A DNA stretch of 64,000 nt from Octopus sinensis. Its lineage: Eukaryota. Positions within the stretch are counted from its first letter, which is position 1, and the number at the start of each line of letters is the position of its first letter. The stretch covers positions 46,748,001 to 46,812,000 of the forward strand of contig NC_043010.1 in the NCBI RefSeq assembly GCF_006345805.1, read 5' to 3'. Shown here piece by piece: positions 52,728 to 64,000 of the stretch. The notes below the pieces were generated by a model. The model did no database searches. It was given only the letters and a program-made list of their open reading frames with translations, and was not told where the DNA came from. The translations under genes and the position numbers were made by a program.

Positions 52728-52955
52728 TTTTTCTTTACTACCCACAAGGGGCTAAACACAGAGAGGACAAACAAGGACAGACAAACTGATTAAGTCGATT
52801 ATATCGACCCCAGTGCGTAACTGGTACTTATTTAATCGACCCCGAAAGGATGAAAGGCAAAGTTGACCTCGGCGGATTTTGAACTCAGAACGTAGCGGTA
52901 GACGAAATACCGCTAAGCATTTCGCCTGGCGTGCTAACGTTTCTGCCAGCTCGCC
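52728..52955 (-). mobile_element. SINE family B, young copy with 15-bp target-site duplication, nested in an older family-B copy
   Basis: AATAAATTAAGTACC at 52713-52727 and 52956-52970 flanks the insert. Head GGCGAGCTGGCAGAAACGTTAGCACGCC. Many decayed family-B copies elsewhere, e.g. 2270-2470, 22985-23390, 29445-29850, 45628-45850, 54285-54730, 58420-58850. Confidence 0.9.
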
Positions 52956-55624
52956 AATAAATTAAGTACCAGTTGCATACTGGGGTCGATCTAATTGATT
53001 GGCCCCACCTCCCCAAGAATTTCGGGCCTTGTGCCTAGAGAAGAAAAGAATATTATTTGGATGGTGATCTGGCAGAATCACTAGCATGCCAGGCAAAATG
53101 CTTGGCAGCATTTTGTCCAGCTTTATGTTCTGAGTTCAAATTCCACCAAAGTCAACTTTGCCTTTCATCCTTTTGTGGGTCGACGAAATAGGTAACAGCT
53201 GAACGTTGGGATTCAATGCAATCAAATTGCTGGTCATGCATCAAAGTTTGAAACCAATTACATAAAATTTAATGTCATAAAAAAATTGAGAATGTACAAT
53301 AATGTAATTCCTTCAAGAACTACAGAAGTTTAATGGACTGGTGCTCAGCACTATAACTCTAAACAGATGATAGGCAAACATTCCTCTATATAGGGCACCA
53401 GGTAACTTTCCTCAGAAGGTCAAATACCCATTCTTTACCTATACAAACTGGAGGAAGTTGATGGCCAAAAAACACAAAAACAAACACAATTCACAGCTAT
53501 GATAGTTTTCATAAATTACATTTAAGAACATGCATTATCTTAAAAAATAACATATCATCACTCATTTATTTTGCCATTTTTTTTTTAACATTTCTTCTTT
53601 ACATGTGCCCAAGAATTATCTGCTTAGCATCATAAAGGTTATCTTCACATATTCAATGGTATATAGTTTTCACTTTTTTAGTGGAGATATAATTTATTAG
53701 TTTAACATAAGTCTGATAGTTATTACATGCTAGAATTTGCATTGCTTTGCTTCTCTTTCTCTTATTTTCCTCTTCCTTCTCTTCTTTGGCATAACAAGGT
53801 TATAACAGGAAATTGAGATTAAACTTTATTGAGACTAATTCTCAGTATATTATTAGCGTGCATACGTAAATATAGAGAGAAGCATTTTTGTAGATTGATC
53901 TAAATACTATACTGTTTGGTTTAATTCATATTGCAATAAATCAAAAGATTACGGTGTACAGAAATGTGTAACTGTCTGACATTATTCATTATTTCATTTA
54001 CTGCTTGGTAATGGAAACGATGGTGGTGGTGATTGTGAAATAATTGGTAAACTGCCAAACTAGACGTGTTAGAATATCTAGCCCCATGCCACACAGATCT
54101 GAAGTTCTACTCCCACCAAGAGCAGCATTACCTGTTTAAAGAAATAAATACCAGTTTTTCCCGGATTAAGTTCAATCAACAATACTTCTCATCTTAAAAG
54201 AAAAGGAAGAATTCCAAATGAACAAATGAATCTTTATTTCATATAGTATCTAAGTTATTGTTATCATATTTATTATTAGTAAGTCAGCAGAATTATTAGC
54301 ACGTTGGACCGAATGCTTAGTAAAATTTCTTCCAGTTCTACATTTCTGCATTCAAAAACCATCAAAGTCAACTTTGCCTTTCATCCTTTCAGGATCAATA
54401 AAATAAGTTTCAGTCAAGTACTGGGATCAATTTAATCAACTTGCCCTTCCCCTCAGAATTGTTGGCTTTGAGCCAAAATTTGAAACCATTATTATTATTG
54501 TTATTATTATATTCAAATTCTGCCAAGGTCAACTTTGCCTTTCATTCTTTCAGGGTTGATAAATTAAGTACCAGTCAAGTACTGGGGTCGGTGTGATTGA
54601 CTTTCCCCCCTCCCAAAATTTCAGGCCTTGTGCCTTTAGTAGGAACAAATATTATTATCATTATTGTTATTATTATTTCAGGCAGTGAACTGGCAGAATT
54701 GTTAGCCTGCTGAGCAAAAGGCTTGGTGGCATTTTGTCTGTCTTTTGTCTGTGTTTATGTCCCCCATAACTCAGTGGTTTGGCAAAAAGAGACCAATAGA
54801 ATAAGTACTAGGATTCAATAAATAAGTACTAGTGTCAATTTGTTTGACTAAAACCCTTCAAAATGCTACCTCAGCATGGCCGTAGTCAAATGACTGAAAC
54901 AAGCAAAAGATAAAAGATATCTCAAGCTAGTAGAAGAGATGGGGTGAGTTCCAGTCCTCTTATCCACAAACAGACACCACAGGTTAAAGAGAAGCCTTGC
55001 TACCACTGTAAAATTATCAAGTGTTTTGTTAACTCAGTGTTGAGTTCAACTCTTCCTGTGTGCTAGGCAGCACAACAAGAAATTGCTCCAGTGTAATATT
55101 TCAAGTTCTTCAATGTTTCTCCAGAAGCCCAAAGTTTTAGAAGGCTCTTTGACACTAAATGAGGATCACTACATGTTTGTTTCTCTTTTTTTTTTTGAGC
55201 AATGTATTGATGTACTATTTTTCTTTCTCAATATTTTTTCCTTAAATTTGTTTAATATGTAACTGACATGTAAATAAATCACAACTATGACATGCCATAA
55301 AAAAACATAAACAAAAAATCAAAACTGCTTCTTCACTACTTCGTTGGTCATGTGATACATCAACTGATCTTTACATTTGGTCATGTAATACAGTGTGCCA
55401 GATGCTCAATATATATCTCAGTAGGCTATTTGGTTTCTTCTCTCTTTCACACACTTTCTCTCTCTCTCTCAGTCCCTTCTCTCTCTCATTGTAGATACAT
55501 TTCTCACTCACTCCACATGCTCCTCAAACTCCTTTTTCTTTCCTTCTTCCCCTCATTTTTAGTCTACACACATCTATATCCCACATGCCTACATCTGATC
55601 TTATCTGTTATAATATATACATTC

Positions 55625-55626
<2 letters not shown>

Positions 55627-55693
<67 letters not shown>

Positions 55694-55712
55694 TGTGTGT
55701 GTGCGTGTGTGT
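55627..55712. repeat. (GT)n microsatellite
   Basis: Long pure GT run. Another at 19737-19825. Confidence 0.95.
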
Positions 55713-57268
55713 AATGCAATGAAAGCTAACGAGATAAATAATCTTTCAAAGATCACTATATCTTAGAGATGTATAACTGAAAGATTTATTAATGGAAATA
55801 GCTGGAGGGAAAAAGCTGTTTAGTAGAAAAACTATAGTCAATGCCTTAACATCAAAAGGAAGTCCACCCACAGGGTATGAAATAATTTATACATACCTGG
55901 GTGTAACCTGGTCTCCTACCACTCACTCATTAACTAAATGTATATATTACTTATAGTCTTTGCTTGAAAACATGCTTCTATAAATTCTCATCAAAATCTT
56001 TAATAGATGAGCCTCTAATTAGAGATTTTCTTTTCACATGCTATCAATAACATGTATAATATTTGACAAATCTGCTCAAAGAATACAGAAGAGAAATGAA
56101 ATTAAAACTGTTTACCTCCCAGCAGTCTATGATGACATAACCCTTGATTTCTCAAACAAATCTATCTGTATATCCATTACTTGGGGAGATATTTGTTACA
56201 AAAGTATTTATTCAGAACTATATTCAGCTAAAACTGGCAGAATTTTATATTTAAATGCTTCTTTAATTTACATAGGATCACTGTTGCCTCTAAGCTGTGC
56301 TCTTGTGCGTGTGCAGACATTTTACAACAAGGAAAGGAAAAAAAATGTGCACACGCAAGATAAAATCAAATCTTTTTAATTGAAGAAATTTGAGTGATGT
56401 GTACAATCCAAAGGAAGACAAAATTTGCATACAATGCAAGATTCTGAACACACCTATGGCAAAAAGTTAAGGGAACATTACATAGGATGCTTGTGGACAA
56501 TACCCATTATTCTTAGTTTTCTTTGAAAAAGAACTATATATTTCATCAAGTGAATTCTCTACTTGTTAATGCTGTTTCTATCCCAGGTCATTCATGGTCA
56601 AGCAGACTTTTGATCAAAGATGTTGTAACCATTATCATAATCTTTTCAAATACAGTGTATCTAGGACTACATGATCCAATGTGTCCTTCCACTTTTAAAA
56701 TGGTAGAGAATGATTTGAAGATTTGGATGTTATTTCTAGCAGGTTTGATTAATCATATGAAGACTCCCTTGTTGAATTGTTTTCCAGACATCTTCAGAAG
56801 ACATTGTCTTTTTATAGATGCCCACAATTATATTTATACAACACGGAGTGGAGCAAATGGATGAATTAATTCTACATAATAATGTACATTTGACTCACAG
56901 ATGTCTCTTCCAGTTATAACCTATATTGTGTCCAATCTCTGGCCCTTGGCTTAACAACAACTCCCAGTCCTTCCTCCTAAGAATGCGGGGCCTTTGGAAT
57001 TCCTTCCATATACGTTTTTCTTTTGAGTATCCAAATGCACATGATTTATAAAATTAATTCATCCATTTGCTCCCTCGTGTATTACATAAGTATAATTAGG
57101 CACATCTATAAAAAGACTGTCTTCTGAAGATGATTGGAAAAGAAGCCAACAAAGAAGACTCTATATGGTCAATCAAACCTGCTAGAAATAGCATCCAAAT
57201 CTTCAAATCACTCTTTATCATCTTAAAAATGGCAGGAAACATTTTTGTATGGGGATGATGCTTAGGGT

Positions 57269-57520
57269 GGAGGTGTGTAGCTTAGTGGTTAGGGTGTCAG
57301 CATCATGATCGTAAGATTGTGGTTTCAATTACTGGACCGGGTGACACGTTGTGTTCTTGAGCAAAACACTTCATTTTACGTTGCTCCAGTCCACTCAGCT
57401 GGCACAAACGAGTAACGCTGCGATGGACTGGCGTCCCGTCCAACTGGGGAACACATACGCCATAGAAACCAGGAAACCAGGCCCATGAGCCTGGCTAGGC
57501 TTTAAAAGGGCTCATTTATT
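57269..57520 (+). mobile_element. tRNA-headed SINE family C
   Basis: A-box-like TAGCTTAGTGGTTAG, B-box-like GGTTTCAATT, body CCACTCAGCTGG...GCGATGGACTGGCGTCCCGTCC. Decayed copies at about 27120-27480 and 34240-34330. Confidence 0.7.
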
Positions 57521-57899
57521 ATTTTATTATTTTATGATGCTTAGGAACAGAAGGGAGAAATAAAGGATGAATATTATCTGCGGAGGTGTGTGTCAGCTTT
57601 GCTTTTCATCCTTTCAAGGTAAGATTAAAGTAATGTGAGTTATGGATCAACTAATCTCCATCCTCGTATTTTAAGGTTTATACATAAAATCAGTAGAGTA
57701 TTAGAATAAATAAATACAGTGCAATATGCACTGAGTTTAAATCCTGCCAACTTCAAATTTGACTTCCATTCCTCTGGGGGTCTCTAAAATAAAGTAGCAA
57801 TCAAGTACTTGGATCAATAGTATTCACTAATTCTTCTCCCACTGAAAATTCTGACCATGTACCTGAATTAGAAGCAAATTAGAAACAATTGCTGCTGTC

Positions 57900-58050
57900 A
57901 CTGTTAGTAGTAGTAGCAGTGGTAGTAGGAATGGTGGTGGTGGTGGTGGTGGTGGTAGTGGTTGTGGTTGTGGTTGTGGTGGTGGTGGTGGTGGTGGTGG
58001 TGGTGGTGTGGTGGTGGTGGTGGTGGTGGTGGTGGTGGTGGTGGTAGTAG
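57900..58050. repeat. (GGT)n trinucleotide microsatellite
   Basis: Directly visible. A degenerate GGT/GGC tract also lies at 63665-63905. Confidence 0.95.
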
Positions 58051-59289
58051 AAAATGTTTTTATAAACATGACTGATTAATCTTCAATCTGCACCAGATAC
58101 ACAAACACATCACATACACACATGTGTGTGTGTGTGTGTGTGTGTGTGTACATGTGTTTTGAATAGAACTGCTAAGCATTTAAACATCAAAAGCAATTAT
58201 ATTAGGTGTTGATAATTATGATAGATTCAACTCCACCAATTCCACAGACTCGGTTCTGATGTCTAACCACTGCCAACACACAATTAGATGATGCAGAATG
58301 GAGCACAGTTTAATACCACCATAACAGTAACTCTCTTCTAAAAGTTTAAATTCCATTATTTATATCATATACATACACACATAAATACATACATAATCAT
58401 CATAATAATGATGATACTTTCTACTAAGGGCACAAGGCCTGAAATTTGTGGGGAGGGGACTAGTTTATTACACTGACCCCAGTGTTTCACTGGTACTTAA
58501 TTATCAACCCCAAAAGGATGAAAGGCAATGTCAATCTCAGCGGAATATGAACCCAGAATGTAGCAATGGTCAAAATACCACTAAGCATTTCATCCAGCAG
58601 GCTAACGATTCTACCAGCTCATGCCTTAATAAGAATAATAATCCTTTCTACTATAGGCACAAGGCCTGCAATTTTAAGTGGGGGAATAGTCAATTACATC
58701 AACCCCAGGATTCAACTGGTACTTATTTTACCAAACTCAAAAGGACAAATGGTAAAGTCTACTTCAATGGAATTTGAACTCAGAATGTAATGACAGGTGA
58801 AAAGCATTTTACCTAGCATGCTAACAATTTTGCCAGCTCACCGTCTTAATAATAATAACAATACCTATTTGCTGGCATCTGTACACAGATATAATGTTCT
58901 TTTTTTGAATTATTTTGCCTTTCCCTTGGATAATATCAGTGGTATGGAGAAGGGAGGATGGTATGCATGGGTAACTGCTGGTCCTCCATAAATAACCTTG
59001 CCTGGACTTGTGCCTTGGAGGGGAACTTTCTAGGTGCAATCCCATGATCATTCATGACCAAAGGGGGTCTACTCTACATGGAGGGCTAAAAGCTGTCTGA
59101 ATATTGGAAAAGTGTTACCTGCATCATGATGGCTTGAGCCAGGTATCAAAATGGCAACATCATGACTACTGCTCAATGCTCTGTGAATACTGTAAAGGCT
59201 CTAAGACAAGACATGGACAGCAGCAAAGGAGAGTACAAAAACATTGTAATGGTCTCTAGGTGTGCCTCCAGTGAGGATAATGTCATGCA

Positions 59290-59790
59290 GCCCCACATTT
59301 TTTTATCAAAGCCTTAGGCTCAGTTCAAATGGCAATGTGAAGCTGCTGGAGGCTGTGATCAGTCCTTAGCTGAAGAGAGTTGCTGCTGGTAGACCATATG
59401 TGTGGCAGCAGGTTTCAGCTCCTTGCCATACCTCTGGAAAGAGTCAAAAATGGTTGTCAGAGCTCCAATTTCTGGCCTCCTAATTCCCCCGATTGTAATC
59501 CTATAGATTACTATGTATGGGGTGTGATTGAAAAAGACATCAACTGTTCTGCACGCAACTCCAAAACCAAGCTGGTAGCTAAGATCAAGGAAATGTTTCA
59601 AGATCTTCCCAGAGACACAGTGAGGAATGCATGCACCAGGTTCCTGAGCCATCTTGAGACTGTGGTGGAAGCTGGAGTGGCTACTTTGTTATCTACCAGC
59701 CATAATTTAGTTTATATTTTTTGATTTATTTAAGTACATTTATTTTTGAATGGGATAGCATTTTCTTTTCCTTTTAATCAAACTGTCAAC
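59290..59790 (+). mobile_element. Tc1/mariner-superfamily transposon 3' fragment
   Basis: FWPPNSPDCNPIDYYVWGVIEK...VRNACTRFLSHLETVVEAG. Confidence 0.85.
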
Positions 59791-59829
59791 CTTAGCCTAA
59801 ACACCATGTGTGTGTGTGTGTGTGTTGAA

Positions 59830-60740
59830 TGTTATTGTTAATGGCTGTCTCCATAATCATAGAGGTGTTAGAGAAGAGAGCAATAGGAGGGAGTCTTTCT
59901 TTAGAATAGGACACACTGAAGCTTCCTAATGTCACAGTATATTTCTGCAGAGAGTGAGACATTAAAGACTTTGGTGAATATAGGTACAAGTTCTGGAATA
60001 CAGAATAGCAAAAGGTGCAGTGTCAGGGATAGTGGCCTTGTTTAAAACCATGAAGTATTTCTGCACTTGGCATGGGTGTATGTAGGGTGGGGAGCATGGT
60101 AGAGTTGGAACAGGATAAATTTGGAGAGGAATGACCAAAGATGTGTAGTGTGGAGTTGGATGCAAAGCAGCTGTCAAAGGTTGAGGCTTTCTCCATGGGA
60201 GGTACTACTTAGAGAATCATCATTGTTCAGGAGAAGAGGAAAAGGGACTCTGCAAAGTGTGTGAAAATTCTTTTGGCAGTGGACCAAAATGATCAGCTAC
60301 AGTTTGGAATGCAAGAGACTTTGAAGGCATGTGACACCTGAAGGCTTCTTTTGTGCACTGGCTAATGTCTTACAAGAGTTGCACTGCTGGATGAACACCA
60401 ATTAGAGTAGGTGAGATTCTCCAGGTACTGTAGATCTACTTTTTTTTGTCCCCTTGAACAGCTACAGTACAACATCAGGTAAACTACTTACAAGACTCGA
60501 GACACTGAGATTCTGTTGTGCATAGGATGAGGAGGGATATGATAAAGCGGCTGGGTTTGGCTATTCATCAAGCTGTTTTTGATGGGTCAAGGATGAAGCC
60601 AAGAATAAGGAGTAAAAAACAAACATAGCTTTGACCACTCAACTAACTCAAATGGTATAAGGGTCCAAGGAGAAGTGAGCGCTGTATAGTATGTGATTGA
60701 GTGATGGGCTGTTGCAATGAGGATTTGGTCAGATGTATGC
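59830..60740 (-). mobile_element. Highly decayed CR1/L2-like LINE fragment
   Basis: Composition and broken reverse-transcriptase-like wording only. Similar decayed pieces at about 290-760 (+, DLSKA) and 62030-62410 (+, LFFLYINN). Confidence 0.35.
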
Positions 60741-60780
60741 ATACTGGACAACCATGAAAATATATTTTATATATATATAT

Positions 60781-60970
60781 ATGTGTGGTCTAATCAATAA
60801 GTATCCGGACTGTTGCGATAGTAATGAAGCTGAAGCGCAGAGTGAAGCTGCTCGGCAAAGATCGACCTGGAACTCTGCTGTGTATGTGCACTATGTTTTA
60901 ACATTCTAGCTCATTTCCACTGTTTACAGCAGTGCTTGGAAGGAAAGTGTGTGGCGTGTGATCATCGCAT
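60781..60970 (+). mobile_element. Mariner-like 5' end fragment
   Basis: After a TA run: GTGGTCTAATCAATAAGTATCCGGACT, a mariner-type TIR by recognition. Truncated at a SINE tail. Confidence 0.45.
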
Positions 60971-63227
60971 TCCTTTGACTAAAACCCTTCAAGGCAGTGC
61001 TCCAGGATGGCCACAGTCAAATGACTGAAGCAAGTAAAAGAATATATATAATGTGGGTTTATAGGGAAAAAATTATCCAAGCAGGTATTGTTGTAGATCT
61101 CAGGACCTTGAAAGAAGGTGCACAGAAAATTATGCTGGGTTGCATGTGCAACCACACATTCTCTATATAGCAGAAACACATATTTGTCATTATAACCAAA
61201 TAATTATGTTGTATGACCAACGGTAAAATTTAACAAAAATTTGATGATGTACCAGTCTCCATATTCTTTATAATTGTTTGAAGTGGTGGGGGAGAAAAAC
61301 TGACTGGAGGAAATATTTTACCTTTGACTTTAAATGAATGCCAATTCACTATTATTCTGGCATTTTAAATGACCATTAACAAATAGCATCTATTTTTACT
61401 TTATTTTCTAATCATTTTCAATGTATTTAATTAAGCATATTTGACATAACTAAAGCTGACATTACTACACTTGCATATACATGTGAATATGTAAATATCT
61501 GAGTTCAGTTATTTGTGTGTCTATATGTAGTACCTACCCAATCAAGAGGTGGGGTATGAGTGTCTGGGTGTGTGGAGGTGTATGGGGTGTGAGGGGAGTG
61601 CAAGGGTATTGGAGAGAATTTCTGACATATCTATAAAATTCTTTGAGGTAGCACATAAAATTCCTCTTGTGAATAAAGGAGAAATGAGAAACCAATAAAA
61701 TTTTTTTTTTAATCACAAAACTTCATTTATCATGCAGTATAGAAGAGGGGAGAGCCAACTAAGAGAGGAAGAAATACTCAGGACAGGATGGAAAGAGAGT
61801 GTGTGAAGAAAATAACTGAAAAACAGACATGGAAAGAAATCCAGAAAGTAGCAGATATGCAGCCAGAGAGAAAGATAAACTATTGCATGGAATATGAAAT
61901 TTGTAAAGAAATACAGAAAGAGTAATCTAAGAGAGAGAGAGAAGGAATTACTTAGAGATAGAGACAGAGCAAAGTTAGTGGAGGTAAGGAGAGTAGGACA
62001 GGGTTACTAGAAGCAGATATTCTTGGACTTCAACTAGTAAGATGCAAACCACATATCCTGTTTCCTTCATTCCTTATCAATACACTCTATACTCTCCAGA
62101 TAACACTCTATACTCAAACTTCACTCTTGAAGGTGGTGACTACACATATGTTAATTCCACTCTCACCCACCACTCACTTCTCTTCTCACCTGGGCTATGG
62201 GCACTGTCTCCCTCTCTTACCTTTTGAATTTATGGTTTCCTCAGTGATCACATCATTGAAGCATGTATTCTCTGACATGCACTATATGAGTTTTTGTGTG
62301 CCCAAAGTCTTTGCTTTGTTTCCTCCCGCCACTATTCTTCCTATACATCAATAATCTACTTGCCATCCTTTTCAACAAGGAGGACAAATATAGAGCACAA
62401 AACTTTCGTTCCAAAGCAGACAATATACAAGCACATACATATATATACACACACATATATACATAGATGGTATTTTTTCAGCTTCTACTAAATCCACTCA
62501 CAGGGCTTTGGTTGGCCCAAAGCTATACAGTAGAAAAAAATTGCCCAAGGTACCACACAGTGGGACTGAACTCAAAACCATGTGGTTGAGATGCAAACTT
62601 TCTTACCATATTTGCATCTATAATATTCTTTATTTTATTAAAACTAGTTAAAATTACAAGCAAATGACAAAAAAATTTATGGTTTTTGCTCCAAAAACCA
62701 TAAACCATTGAAAAAGAAGAACAATCAACAGTTGTGTGCAAAATCTATTACACGGTCTATTGAAGAAGTTGTGAATTTAGATATTTATGCGCCCATACGC
62801 AGATAATTTGGGTAATTTTAATTTTGGCAATTTGTTTCAGTAACATGATCTATGACCAAGCAAGTAGACAACAATGGTGCTGGTAAGTAGTTAACAGTAC
62901 AGCAACTGGTAGAAGCCGCCAGTTACCATCATCTATCACCTGTTATACCAGGTAAATATTTATGCTTCAGCTAGTAGTTTATTATAAGTACTGGGTGTTT
63001 CAGAGATGAACATGAGTGGAAAACAAGGAACTGGCTGGCACAGAATCAACAGAAAACTTATGGTTTTATCTTTTGCACATGTAACAACATCTGTCAATGT
63101 TAAAGGTCACTTTGAAAACAACATTCAAACAGCCACAATGAACAGTGCATATTGAGAATTAATTTAATTCTTGCATTAAATATACAGAAAAATGCAGTGT
63201 TTCTTTATAAAAATATAATGCAAGTTG

Positions 63228-63272
<45 letters not shown>

Positions 63273-64000
63273 TTTACTTGTTTCAGTCATTGGACTGTAG
63301 CCATGCTGGGACACCGCCTTGAAAAAATTTTAGCTGAATGAATCGACCCTATACTTATTCATTTTTTTAAAGTCTGGTCTTGTTCTATCAATTTCTTTTG
63401 CCAAACAGCTAAGTTACAGGGCCATAAGCACACCAACACCAGTTTTCAAGTGGTGGGAGGGGGATAAACACAGATACAAAGATGCACACACATGCATGCA
63501 TAAATACATACATACATATGTAGACACACACACACATACACATGCGCACGCACACACGCACGTGCACGCATGCACACACACACACACATACAATGGTCTT
63601 CTTTCATTTTCCACCAATCAAATCCATTCATAAGGCTTTGGTCAGTACAGACAACATCAATGACAGAGGTGGTGGTGCAACAGCAGTGGTGGTGATGGCA
63701 GTGGTGTGGCAGCAGTAGAAGTGGTGGCGGTGGCAGCAGCAGTGGCGTTGGTGATGGTGGTTTTGGTGGTGGTGGTGGTGGTGCAACAACAATGTAATGG
63801 CAGCAGTGGTGGTGGCAGTGATTATGGTGCAGTGGCAGTGGTGCGATGGCAGTGGTGAGGGTGGTATTAGAAATGATGACAATGATACTGATGATGGTGG
63901 TGGTGAGTAAGGATCCAACAGAGGGAAAAAAACCATACACAAGAAATAAAGATATATTCCGTTATGTGATAGAGACCTTCCCTGTAGCTTAAACTCTTTT

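Noticed and set aside
53590-53660. Minus-strand LYDAKQIILGHM resembling the end of ENO4 exon 1
   Set aside because: There is an in-frame stop just upstream, and the donor phase (2) is incompatible with the phase-0 exon at 52191.
57269-57345. tRNA-like A/B boxes here and in other SINE heads
   Set aside because: No complete cloverleaf, and they continue into SINE bodies, so they are not tRNA genes.
57827-58069. Poly-Thr/Pro ORF resembling the proline run of mammalian ENO4 (also 63446-63942)
   Set aside because: It is a pure (GGT)n microsatellite with no splice context or flanking similarity, and it is in the wrong position relative to the exon order.
62841-62882. Plus-strand 42-nt segment with consensus acceptor and donor
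   Set aside because: Isolated, with no linked exons or protein similarity.

Overview
This is AT-rich, microsatellite- and SINE-dense animal genomic DNA. The repeat families look like those of Octopus or another coleoid cephalopod (inferred from recognition, no search run). Most of the window appears to be introns of one minus-strand host gene that the ORF track misses, an enolase-4 (ENO4)-like enolase paralogue. Four exons are firm and phase-compatible: 17621-17425, 11245-11084, 5910-5739 and 3560-3411. Two upstream exons are probable (52191-52147, 20765-20706) and one downstream micro-exon is weak. The introns hold RTE LINE fragments, several tRNA-type SINE families, two Helitrons, hAT and Tc1/mariner remnants, piggyBac-type and other MITEs, and Penelope-like (PLE) pieces. 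The standout observation is a directly repeated unit with an 824-nt period at 11511-12800. Each copy carries all three hammerhead-ribozyme core segments and pairing partners for stems I and III, but in a non-circularly permuted order, with an extra 10-bp helix intact in copy 1. Together they suggest a retrozyme/PLE-like element built on a rearranged hammerhead. Two minimal type-I hammerhead-like motifs with a variant CUGU core lie on the host gene's sense strand.
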